Source: an uncultured virus (IMG/VR IMGVR_UViG_3300036945_000802) (Duplodnaviria; Heunggongvirae; Uroviricota; Caudoviricetes). Taken from it: a DNA stretch of 64,000 nt. The position numbers and the translations under genes are program-made. The stretch lies in the IMG/VR virus record IMGVR_UViG_3300036945_000802; one strand, written 5' to 3'. Within the stretch, counting starts at the first letter, position 1. Every line of letters begins with the position of its first letter. The notes below the pieces were generated by a model that had not been told where the DNA came from, did no database searches, and saw only the letters and a program-made list of their open reading frames with translations. Shown here in pieces: positions 8,734 through 17,937 of this stretch.

Positions 8734-9450
8734 ATGTCAGTGTATTTCCAAGGTTTTCCTACAATTCAGTATGATATCGATGATGATAGACATTTTATTG
8801 AAGTCACTGATATCTTTAGAACAGTTAGACCAAAACAATCGTTAAAAGATGATTTGTTATTGTATAGCAAATATACAATTAAAGATGGTGAACGTCCAGA
8901 TCATGTTTCGCAAAAGCTTTATGGTTCTATTGATTATTATTGGACATTCTTTATGGTTAACGAAAAATTAGTTAACTATCATAATGATTGGCCACGTTCT
9001 CGCCAAGAATTAGAAGATCATATTTTATTGAAGTATGATGGATATGCGCTAACTGTTGATAGTGATATATCTACATTGTTTACTAAAAACGAAACAATTC
9101 AAGGTTTAGTATCTGGTGCAACCGCAACTATTACACAAAAAGATTGTAATACAGATACCATTAGAATCACTAACCTAATTGGTGAGTTTAGATCTAATGA
9201 GTTAATTAGAGGATTGACAAGTAACGATACTGTTCAAATTACTGGTCAAATTCCATTTTATGATGCAACACATCATTACGAAGGACCTAATTCAACAATT
9301 ACAGATAAAGCACGCGGAATTCCTGTGACTTATGCAGAACATGAATTCAATTTAAATGAAGAAAAAGCTGAACTTAAAGTCATTAGACCACAATACATAA
9401 TGCGTGTATCAGAACAATTCTTCCAACAAATTAACCCGACAGCAGAATAA
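8734..9450 (+). CDS. gp53: baseplate wedge subunit (T4 gp53, LysM-like)
   Basis: YFQGFPTIQY, IKDGERPDHVSQKLYGS..YYW, NEEK; start at ATG 8734. Confidence 0.88.
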   Translation: MSVYFQGFPTIQYDIDDDRHFIEVTDIFRTVRPKQSLKDDLLLYSKYTIKDGERPDHVSQKLYGSIDYYWTFFMVNEKLVNYHNDWPRSRQELEDHILLKYDGYALTVDSDISTLFTKNETIQGLVSGATATITQKDCNTDTIRITNLIGEFRSNELIRGLTSNDTVQITGQIPFYDATHHYEGPNSTITDKARGIPVTYAEHEFNLNEEKAELKVIRPQYIMRVSEQFFQQINPTAE

Positions 9451-10709
9451 TGGCAGCATTAGGTAAATTAGACTATTCGATAGACGAAGCAACTTTGACT
9501 TCGTCTACTGGTGAAGTGTTCAAATTTAAAGATTTGATTAGCGGCATCGACATATATGAATCATTATTATCTCCGTATATTAAAGTAGATTTGACAATTG
9601 TTGATGCTGCAAACTTATTTGAAGTTGCTCCTATTATTGGCCAAGAAAAAATTGAATTAGTTATTACTGAAGGTCCGCATAAAATTACTAGAACTTTCTA
9701 TGTTGCTGGTATGTCGAACTTTATTAAAGGTAATAATCAAGCTACAATGTATGTGTTGAAATTGATTACACCTGAACAAATGATGAATAGTTTATTATTA
9801 GTGTCACAATCATTTAGCGGCACTATAGATCAATCGATTGAACAAATCGTAAAAGACTATTTAAAAAGCAAGATTACGACTAAAGAACAAGCTGCAGGAA
9901 ATTATAGTGTAGTAGTTCCAAATTGGAATCCATTTCAAGCAATTGATTGGTTAGCTCGTAGAGCTATGACATCTAAAAAAATGCCATTTGCTTTTTATGA
10001 AACATGGAAAGATGGTTTTCAATTTGAATCTTATGAATCTATGTTTAAAAAGAAAGTGTATAATAAATTTGTTCATAAAGGCGGTACAACTGCAGAGAGT
10101 GATGCCGAAAACCAAGAAGCTTCATATAATGTTGCATTTGAATATGATTTAACAGATTATGCAAATACACATAAAAATACATTGCGTGGAACATTTGGTT
10201 CTGGTATGTGGGTAATTGATATCGCAACTAAGTCCTATAAGTTTGTTCAATATAATTATGAAAAAGATTTTAGCAAGAAAGAACACTTGGATAAAAAATC
10301 TTTCGTTAATCCAGATTTTAAAGTAGCCGGTAAGAAAATTTCTGAATATGATTCTATTCATCATGTAATCAATAAGAATACAAAAGCCTTTGGTGAAAAA
10401 ACTACGAATAATTATAATAATGAAGCAGAATATGCAAAACTTGAGGGTGATCCATTCATCTATCAATTGACATTGAATAAAATGAACTTAGCAGTTCGTG
10501 GAAGATCGGATTTAACTCCAGGTAAAATTATTGATTTTGCTGTAGATAGAGCAAAACCTTCGGTATATGGTAATACTAAAGATGAGAACGAATACATTTC
10601 TGGTAAGTATCTTGTATTAAATACACACCATAAATTAGCATCTGGTAAATTTGTAACTATTTTTGATGCTGTTCGTGATTCTCTTGGTAAGAAAGTGAAA
10701 CAAAGATAA
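9450..10709 (+). CDS. baseplate hub protein (gp27-like)
   Basis: Lies between gp53 and gp5; IYESL, PIIGQEKI, PNWNPFQAIDWL and SGKYLV motifs. Confidence 0.7.
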   Translation: MAALGKLDYSIDEATLTSSTGEVFKFKDLISGIDIYESLLSPYIKVDLTIVDAANLFEVAPIIGQEKIELVITEGPHKITRTFYVAGMSNFIKGNNQATMYVLKLITPEQMMNSLLLVSQSFSGTIDQSIEQIVKDYLKSKITTKEQAAGNYSVVVPNWNPFQAIDWLARRAMTSKKMPFAFYETWKDGFQFESYESMFKKKVYNKFVHKGGTTAESDAENQEASYNVAFEYDLTDYANTHKNTLRGTFGSGMWVIDIATKSYKFVQYNYEKDFSKKEHLDKKSFVNPDFKVAGKKISEYDSIHHVINKNTKAFGEKTTNNYNNEAEYAKLEGDPFIYQLTLNKMNLAVRGRSDLTPGKIIDFAVDRAKPSVYGNTKDENEYISGKYLVLNTHHKLASGKFVTIFDAVRDSLGKKVKQR

Positions 10710-11950
10710 TGAAAAACTACATGAATTGGTGGACTGGCGTAGTCGAAGATCGTTCAGATCCACAAGAATTAGGCCGTGTTCGTGTTCGTATTTTCGGACA
10801 TCATACAGACGATATCGACAAGATTAAATTGGGTGATTTACCATGGGCTCATGTAATGATGCCTACTACATCTGCATCTATCTCAGGTTTAGGTTGGTCA
10901 CCAACAGGATTAGTTGAAGGTTCATGGGTTGTTGGCTTTTTTGCTGACGGTGAAAACTGTCAAGATCCTATCGTATTAGGTTCTATTCATGGATATCCAA
11001 CACAAAGTGGTGATGAGAAGAAAGCATTTAAAGATTACATAGGTAATTATCCTCGTTGGTTAAATGATACAGACGTATCGTACACAGCGCGAGGAAAATG
11101 GAAGGAACATCAATCGTATTTCTCAAGATATGGTGAAATGGTTAAAGGCATTGAGCAATCAACAAAACCTACACTAAAAACGGTTGATGCTGATGCAACA
11201 GATGAGACGCGTCAAACATGGGATGAACCAGAACCAAGACGTGGTGTACCAGGTGCATATCCATTCGTTCATACATTTGAATCTGAATCAGGAATTGTTA
11301 GAGAGATAGATGACACTAACGCTAATCCTCGTATTACTGAATATCATCCTGCTGGCACATTTTATGAAATATTACCTGATGGTGATAAAGTAACAAAAGT
11401 TTCTGGTGATAATTATGAAATCATTATTGCATCAGATAATATTTTAGTTCGCGGTACTAGAACAACTACTATTGAAGGTGATTGTCGTCATCTTGTTAAA
11501 GGTAATTATATCGTTGAAGTTATGGGTGACTATAACTTAAAAGTTCACGGTAATAGAAATACTAAAGTTACTAAAAACGATAATATGGAAGTTGTTGGCA
11601 ACTATAACTTAAACGTTGCTGAAGATTTCTTAACACGCGTTGGTAAAAACCAAACTTTATTGATTGATGTGGATAAAACTGAAAGTATTGGTGGTAAATC
11701 AACATTGACCGTAACTGGTGCAGCTGATTTAGTATTTTTAGACACATACAGTATGTTCTCCAATGGAGCACAACAAGTATCAACAAATTCTACACAACAG
11801 TTTTTATCAAAAGATGGTTTAGATTTTGGTTCTCAAGCAGATTGGATATTGAATTGTAATTCTAATATGACAATTAATGTTTCAGGTACATTTAATATTA
11901 ATGCTGGTCCAACATTTAAAGTTTTAGCAGATAAGGTAGAGTTGAACTAA
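10709..11950 (+). CDS. gp5: baseplate central spike (T4 gp5-like) without a lysozyme domain
   Basis: OB-fold WWTGVVEDRSDP..LGRVRVR and GSWVVGFF.DG, followed by VxGN-type beta-helix repeats. Confidence 0.9.
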   Translation: MKNYMNWWTGVVEDRSDPQELGRVRVRIFGHHTDDIDKIKLGDLPWAHVMMPTTSASISGLGWSPTGLVEGSWVVGFFADGENCQDPIVLGSIHGYPTQSGDEKKAFKDYIGNYPRWLNDTDVSYTARGKWKEHQSYFSRYGEMVKGIEQSTKPTLKTVDADATDETRQTWDEPEPRRGVPGAYPFVHTFESESGIVREIDDTNANPRITEYHPAGTFYEILPDGDKVTKVSGDNYEIIIASDNILVRGTRTTTIEGDCRHLVKGNYIVEVMGDYNLKVHGNRNTKVTKNDNMEVVGNYNLNVAEDFLTRVGKNQTLLIDVDKTESIGGKSTLTVTGAADLVFLDTYSMFSNGAQQVSTNSTQQFLSKDGLDFGSQADWILNCNSNMTINVSGTFNINAGPTFKVLADKVELN

Positions 11951-11951
11951 T

Positions 11952-13241
11952 ATGGCAAATAAAGTTTGTGGCGTAAACGCTGCGTTAGATGAAGCAAAGG
12001 CCGGAATAGATTCTTTAAAAGAAAAAATTTCCGGAGGATTAGATTCGATTGGTGATTTAGGTGGCTTAGCAACTACTATTAAAAATAAATTGTCTGAGGT
12101 AAACGTACCTCAACTTCCAACAACAAATCTTCAAGCAGAATTAGCAAATCTTCCAAATCTAACTCCTGAAGAATATGCAACTAAAGTTGCGCAGTTGAAA
12201 AAAGCTTTTGGTAGTGCAGTTCCTAATCTAGATAATATTATTGACAAAATTCCAAAACCAGCAGGCGTTGGCGGAGTTGGAGAAAAAGATATCTTTGCAG
12301 ATTTAAAGGCTTTAGCTGGTGATGTTGGTGCTGCTGTTAGAAAAGCACAAGAACAACTGGCGACATTAAGTATTGATTCAGTTGTTGCAGATGTTTGCAA
12401 AGATGTACCAAACGTTGAAGTAGTTACTACAACTGAAATTATTAAAATCGCAGACCCAAAAACTGGTAAAGAAACTAAAGTAGAAGTTCCAGTAACTTCA
12501 CCTCCAGTTGAAAAAGCAAAACCACCTACAACACCAAAAGAAAATCCAGTAAAAGAAACTAAACCCGCAGAACCTCCTGCCAAAGGGTTTACATTTGATT
12601 TTACAAAGGATAAATTAATTAAAGCAGCCGGAAAAGAGTCTGCAATATGGTATGATGCTATGGTTGAAGTACTTCCTAAGTATAATATCACAACACCAGA
12701 ACGTGTTGCTGCGTTTTTAGGTAATTGTAGAACTGAAACTAATTGGACAACGTTATCTGAAAACTTAAATTATGGTGCTAAGTATTTGTTCGAACACTTA
12801 AATCCAGGCCGTATTCGTTTTCCCACTTATGAAGATGCGGTACGAGTAGAAAAACAAGCTGAAAAAATTGCAAATATCATCTATATGGTTGGTCGCAAGT
12901 TATTAGACCCAGAACCAGGTGATGGTTGGAAATATCGTGGTCGTGGTTTAATTCAATTGACATTTAAAGAAAATTATCTAAGAGCATCTAAAGCTATTTT
13001 TGGCGATGATCGTTTAGTTAAAAATCCCGATCAAGTTGCTAATGATAAAGCTATGGCTATTGAAACAGCATGTTATTATTTTAAGCGCACTAATGTAAAT
13101 GCTTGGGCAGATAAACAAGATTGGGGAAATTGTAGAAGCATCACTAACGCAGGTTCTCCCGGCAAAGATCCTTCTAAGATTCACGGTTATGCAGTTGCAG
13201 TAAAACATCAAGAAACTGCGTATAACGTTCTGAAAGGTTAA
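11952..13241 (+). CDS. virion-associated GH19 (chitinase-like) peptidoglycan hydrolase with N-terminal helical domain
   Basis: ITTPERVAAFLG..TET, ENLNY, DGWKYRGRGLIQLT..ENY; Pro/Lys-rich linker. Confidence 0.85.
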   Translation: MANKVCGVNAALDEAKAGIDSLKEKISGGLDSIGDLGGLATTIKNKLSEVNVPQLPTTNLQAELANLPNLTPEEYATKVAQLKKAFGSAVPNLDNIIDKIPKPAGVGGVGEKDIFADLKALAGDVGAAVRKAQEQLATLSIDSVVADVCKDVPNVEVVTTTEIIKIADPKTGKETKVEVPVTSPPVEKAKPPTTPKENPVKETKPAEPPAKGFTFDFTKDKLIKAAGKESAIWYDAMVEVLPKYNITTPERVAAFLGNCRTETNWTTLSENLNYGAKYLFEHLNPGRIRFPTYEDAVRVEKQAEKIANIIYMVGRKLLDPEPGDGWKYRGRGLIQLTFKENYLRASKAIFGDDRLVKNPDQVANDKAMAIETACYYFKRTNVNAWADKQDWGNCRSITNAGSPGKDPSKIHGYAVAVKHQETAYNVLKG

Positions 13242-13252
13242 TAAATAGGATC

Positions 13253-13690
13253 ATGCGTACACAACAATCCAGCGACTTACAAGTCCCAAAAGCTTCGATA
13301 ACAGCTAAAAGTTATGTTCATACTGATTTAGATTTGACGTTTATTGCAAATCCGGTCACTGGTGACATCAATGCAATTAAAGATATCGAAGCTATTAAGC
13401 GTTCTGTTAAGAATCTTATCTTAACTAACTTCCAAGAGCGTCCGTTTCAACCTGAAATAGGTTCTGGAGTACGCGGATTGCTATTTGAATTAGCAGATCC
13501 AATCACAATGCATGATATTAAGCAAGCAATTGCTCGTACTATTAAAAACTTTGAACCAAGAGTTAATTTGCTTGATGTATCTGTAAATGATGATTTTGAT
13601 AATAATGCATATAATGTCGACATAACATTTCAAATTATTGCTAATGAATTAGTTGGCAATGCAACAATCATACTAGAGAGATTACGATAA
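13253..13690 (+). CDS. gp25: baseplate wedge subunit (T4 gp25)
   Basis: DLDLTF..NPVTGD, IKRSVKNL, ERPFQPEIGS, FEPRV, LERLR; AATAAATA at 13240-13247. Confidence 0.92.
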   Translation: MRTQQSSDLQVPKASITAKSYVHTDLDLTFIANPVTGDINAIKDIEAIKRSVKNLILTNFQERPFQPEIGSGVRGLLFELADPITMHDIKQAIARTIKNFEPRVNLLDVSVNDDFDNNAYNVDITFQIIANELVGNATIILERLR

Positions 13691-15618
13691 TGGCATCTAA
13701 CCTAAGAGTTACTGAGTTAGATTTTTTCCAAATTAGAGAAAACTTCAAAACTTATCTAAAAGCTCAACAAGATAAAGGTAAATTCACTGACTATGACTTC
13801 GATGGGTCAGGTATGTCTGTGCTTTTAGATATTTTAGCATATAACACTCACTATAATGCAGTGAATGCAAATATGGCACTTAACGAAGTGTTCTTAGATA
13901 CAGCAGAACGTCGTAATAACGTTGTTTCTCTAGCTAAGATGATTAGTTATGTTCCACGTTCTATTGCAGCACCATTTGCAACTACTAATATAGTTGTTAA
14001 TTCTCCTACTGGTGCACCTGTATCTTTAACATTAGACCGCGGCACAGTATTTAATACTACCATCGATGATCAACAATACACATTTGTTAATTTAGAAGGT
14101 ATAACAATTACACCACAAGATGAAGTTATTACTACTATTAGTGGTGGACAAACACTAACAACTACAAATTATAATGTTTATCGTTTCCCTGAAGTAAAAT
14201 TATATGAAGGTACATTGACAAATATTGAATATACAGTTGATTCATTTGATGAAGGATTTTATTTCCAAATTCCAGATGAAAAAGCTGATATTACTACACT
14301 AGTTGTTAAAGTAAAACCAAATACTTCTTCTACAAGACAAGAAGTATTCACCCTAGCAACAGATTTTACAGCTATTCGTGAAGATACAGCAGCGTACTTT
14401 TTACAAGAAGGTCTTGACGGAAAATTTGAAGTATATTTTGGTGATGGAGTTACTGGTAAAGCGCTTCAAGGCGGAAACGTAGTCATATTGGAATGGTTAA
14501 GTACTAATGGTATTTCAGCAAATGGAGCTTCTACATTTGTATTAGCTGATACTATCGGTGGAAATTCTGATGTAGATATCGCTACTATTAATAAAGCAAC
14601 AGGCGGTGCTGAGCGTGAAGACGTTGCTTCTATTAAATTCAATGCTCCTTTATCTTATCTAGCACAAAATAGAGTTGTTACGGCTGAAGACTATAAGTCA
14701 ATGGTTGCTAATAATTATGGTGATGTTGAAACTGTTACAGTTTGGGGAGGTGAAGAGAATGATCCACCGCAATATGGCAAAGCATATATTTGTATTAAGC
14801 CTAAAACAGCAGCTGCATTAAATGATATTGAAAAAAAATTCATTGTCGATAATATTTTAAGAACAAAAAACGTAGTATCTATCACACCAGTATTAGTTGA
14901 TCCTCAATACACATACTTATTTTTCGATGTAAACTTTAAATATAATCCAAATTTAACTGATTCGTCATCAGGTCAATTGAAAACAATTGTAAATAACGTA
15001 ATTTCTACATATAATTCAACAGATTTGAAAAAATTTGATGGAGTTTATCGTCAATCTAAGATGACTAGACTAATTGATGCTTCTGACGCTGGAATTTTAA
15101 GTTCTTCGGTGCGTGTTTTTATGCAAAAACGCTTGGAACCTACTTTGGATGTAAAAAAACGCTATGAAATGCAATTTTCAGCTCCAATTGTTGGTACTAG
15201 AAGCAATCCAAATGAACCTATTATAAAATCTAGTGGATTTACACATAATGGAGTAACACAATACATCGAAGACAGAGTTTTAGCTACTGGCGAAGTAAAT
15301 GCTCACGTTGATGAGAATGCAACTCATGTTTTACAGATGTATCGTATTGTAAACAATCAAAAAGTGATTACAAACGCTGATATTGGTTATGTTAATGCTG
15401 ATACTGGTTTAGTAGTAATTACCAGTTTGCAAATTTCAGCTGTACCAAACACATATATTAATTTTACAGCTATTCCATCTTCAGATGATATTGCTCCAAA
15501 GCGCGAACAGTTGTTAGAAATCGACATTGGCCTTTGTACTGTTACTCCTGCAATTGATACTATTGCGGTAGGTAGTTCAAATGCTGGTATTGGCTATACA
15601 ACTACTAAGCGTAATTAA
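13690..15618 (+). CDS. gp6: baseplate wedge subunit (T4 gp6)
   Basis: LDF..I...K.YL, DYDFDGS, LAYNTHYN, YFGDGV.G, QNRVVTAEDY, WGGEENDPPQYG. Confidence 0.93.
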   Translation: MASNLRVTELDFFQIRENFKTYLKAQQDKGKFTDYDFDGSGMSVLLDILAYNTHYNAVNANMALNEVFLDTAERRNNVVSLAKMISYVPRSIAAPFATTNIVVNSPTGAPVSLTLDRGTVFNTTIDDQQYTFVNLEGITITPQDEVITTISGGQTLTTTNYNVYRFPEVKLYEGTLTNIEYTVDSFDEGFYFQIPDEKADITTLVVKVKPNTSSTRQEVFTLATDFTAIREDTAAYFLQEGLDGKFEVYFGDGVTGKALQGGNVVILEWLSTNGISANGASTFVLADTIGGNSDVDIATINKATGGAEREDVASIKFNAPLSYLAQNRVVTAEDYKSMVANNYGDVETVTVWGGEENDPPQYGKAYICIKPKTAAALNDIEKKFIVDNILRTKNVVSITPVLVDPQYTYLFFDVNFKYNPNLTDSSSGQLKTIVNNVISTYNSTDLKKFDGVYRQSKMTRLIDASDAGILSSSVRVFMQKRLEPTLDVKKRYEMQFSAPIVGTRSNPNEPIIKSSGFTHNGVTQYIEDRVLATGEVNAHVDENATHVLQMYRIVNNQKVITNADIGYVNADTGLVVITSLQISAVPNTYINFTAIPSSDDIAPKREQLLEIDIGLCTVTPAIDTIAVGSSNAGIGYTTTKRN

Positions 15619-15632
15619 TAAAAGGTAAGAGT

Positions 15633-16556
15633 ATGTCTGATGTTACTAAGAGAATAAATCCTTCGAATCCAAAGTTTTACTCTTTGGATTCTATCTTGCC
15701 TGAGCATTTAAAAGAAAATACTAAATTCACTGAATTTTTAAAAGAGTATTTTAATTGGATGCAGCTTGATGAAAGTTCTCCAGTTTCAGTTATCAATAAT
15801 TTGGACAAATATCGTGATGCTGATTTAATCAATGAAAGTTTTTTAAAGTATTTAGAACGAGAATTAGCAACGTCTATCCCCGGTAATTTACCAAATATAG
15901 ACAAACGCAAACTTTACAAACAAATAAACGACGTTTATCGTGCAAAAGGTTCTATTCCTTCCTTTGAAGCTTTATTTAATTTGTTATACGGAGATGATAT
16001 TGAATTATATTATCCACGTGTAGATTTGATGAAGCTTTCAGATGGTAATTGGAATGAAAATGAAAATCGTTATTTGAACAAAGGTAGTTTTTTATCTGAT
16101 TATAACTATATTCAAGATAGCTATTACTATCAAGATTATTCATATGTAATTAAAACAAGAAAACCATATGAACAATGGCAAGCTGCTGTTAGAAAGATGT
16201 TACATCCTTCAGGATTTGCATTATTTGGTAGAGTAGCTGTTGTAAGCGAAGCAGAAGTTAAAAGATTAAAATCTCCTAAACTTCAACCTGGAAGTTCATT
16301 TACATCATATGACAATGTTATTCCAATTAGATTAGCGGTTGTTAAAGCAACCACGACTGTTGTAGAAATAGATTCGTTTTTAGAAACAACTTATTTTTCA
16401 ATTGGAGCAAAATTTGGTCCAGCTTTTAGTTTATTAGATAAAATTAAGTTTATCATCGATCAGCCAATCAATGCATATATGCAATTCACATTGAGAGATG
16501 CTAAAGATGGTAATGGATTCAACGTATTACCAGGTTCTGAAATAACAGTATCCTGA
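15633..16556 (+). CDS. baseplate wedge subunit (short gp7-like)
   Basis: FLKEYF, YRAKGS..SF..LF, IQDSYYYQDYSY and HPSG motifs; lies between gp6 and gp8. Confidence 0.7.
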   Translation: MSDVTKRINPSNPKFYSLDSILPEHLKENTKFTEFLKEYFNWMQLDESSPVSVINNLDKYRDADLINESFLKYLERELATSIPGNLPNIDKRKLYKQINDVYRAKGSIPSFEALFNLLYGDDIELYYPRVDLMKLSDGNWNENENRYLNKGSFLSDYNYIQDSYYYQDYSYVIKTRKPYEQWQAAVRKMLHPSGFALFGRVAVVSEAEVKRLKSPKLQPGSSFTSYDNVIPIRLAVVKATTTVVEIDSFLETTYFSIGAKFGPAFSLLDKIKFIIDQPINAYMQFTLRDAKDGNGFNVLPGSEITVS

Positions 16557-16559
16557 GCA

Positions 16560-16567
16560 TATAAATA
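16560..16567 (+). promoter_or_regulatory. T4-type late promoter
   Basis: Exact intergenic TATAAATA. Confidence 0.75.
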
Positions 16568-16593
16568 GTTAAAGTACATAATAAGGACATAGA

Positions 16594-17922
16594 ATGTCAG
16601 CAATCATCACTACAAAATTTCGTTATCAAACTGCTGTGAATTTAATTAACGCTATGGGCGGAAATGGTTCACAAACGGATGACAAGTATTATCTTTTCAT
16701 TGGTCGCACTGAAGCTTGGTCTGACGATGATAATCCTCCATTACCAGAAGATAGCGTTCAACAAGAAATTGACGCTCGCTATAATATGCTTTCTCTTAAG
16801 CTTATTACTGCACCAAAAATTAGTCACGTGATTCCACGTTATAATTGGACTTCAGGTCAAACATATTCCGAATTCGATGATCAAGATGATGCATTAACTA
16901 CTAAGCGTTTTTATGTTTACACAGAAGATGATCTAAGCGTATATAAATGCATTAAAGCAGGTTCTGGTGCATCTGTTGTTAAACCTACAGGTACTGATTT
17001 GACAATCGGTGAAGTTTTATCTGACGGATATCAATGGAAATATATGTTCACATTGACAGGTTCAGCGATTGGTACATTTACAACTTCTCAATTTATTCCA
17101 GTAAAAACTTTAGCTACTGACGATTTAACGTATCAATGGGATGTACAACAAGCTGCTATTTCTGGAGCTATTTGGAGAATCAAAGTTACTAATGGTGGTA
17201 CAGGATATCAATCAAAACCTACAGTAACTATTGAAGGTAATGGTACAGGTTGTATTGTACAAGCAGACGATATTACATTAAGCGGCGGAGTTATTACACA
17301 GATTTTAGTAAAAGCTGCAAACGTTGGCCAAGATTATTCACAAGCAAAAGTTGTATTCACTGGCGGTGGTCCAACATCTGCTGCTGTTGCTCGTCCAATC
17401 ATTACACCAAATGGTGGTCATGGTTCAGATCCAATTCAAGAACTTGGCGGATATTACTCAATGATTACTTCAACACTTTCTGGTGATGAAGGTACCGGTG
17501 ACTTTATTGTTGACAATGGATTCCGTCAAATTGGTATTTTACGTAACCCTATAGATACTATTACTGATGAAATTGGTGAATCCACTACATATTTGGCATG
17601 CACTAAATTAGAATTCTCAGATCTTATTGGTGGAGAATTTGCGGTAGGCGATACAGTAATAGGTGCAACTTCTGGTGCAGAAGCTATTATCGATTCAGTT
17701 GGTACTGGATTTCTTTTAGTACACCAAAATATTGGCACAGGATTTACGACATTTGATGTTGCAGAATCAATTGAAGTTGATTCAGTAAGCGCAACATTAG
17801 ATACTATTACAGAACCAGAGATTGATTTAAATAGTGGTCAAGTATTGTATATTGAAAACATTTCTCCTGTTACTCGTAATGAAAACCAAACAGAAGATAT
17901 TAAATTAGTTTTAGAGCTATAA
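16594..17922 (+). CDS. gp8: baseplate wedge subunit (T4 gp8-like)
   Basis: MSAIIT.KFR, YLFIGR, VIPRYNW, VYKCI, DGYQWKYMF, GHGSDP..ELG, QTEDIKLVLE. Confidence 0.88.
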   Translation: MSAIITTKFRYQTAVNLINAMGGNGSQTDDKYYLFIGRTEAWSDDDNPPLPEDSVQQEIDARYNMLSLKLITAPKISHVIPRYNWTSGQTYSEFDDQDDALTTKRFYVYTEDDLSVYKCIKAGSGASVVKPTGTDLTIGEVLSDGYQWKYMFTLTGSAIGTFTTSQFIPVKTLATDDLTYQWDVQQAAISGAIWRIKVTNGGTGYQSKPTVTIEGNGTGCIVQADDITLSGGVITQILVKAANVGQDYSQAKVVFTGGGPTSAAVARPIITPNGGHGSDPIQELGGYYSMITSTLSGDEGTGDFIVDNGFRQIGILRNPIDTITDEIGESTTYLACTKLEFSDLIGGEFAVGDTVIGATSGAEAIIDSVGTGFLLVHQNIGTGFTTFDVAESIEVDSVSATLDTITEPEIDLNSGQVLYIENISPVTRNENQTEDIKLVLEL

Positions 17923-17937
17923 CACAAAGGCAAAAAC

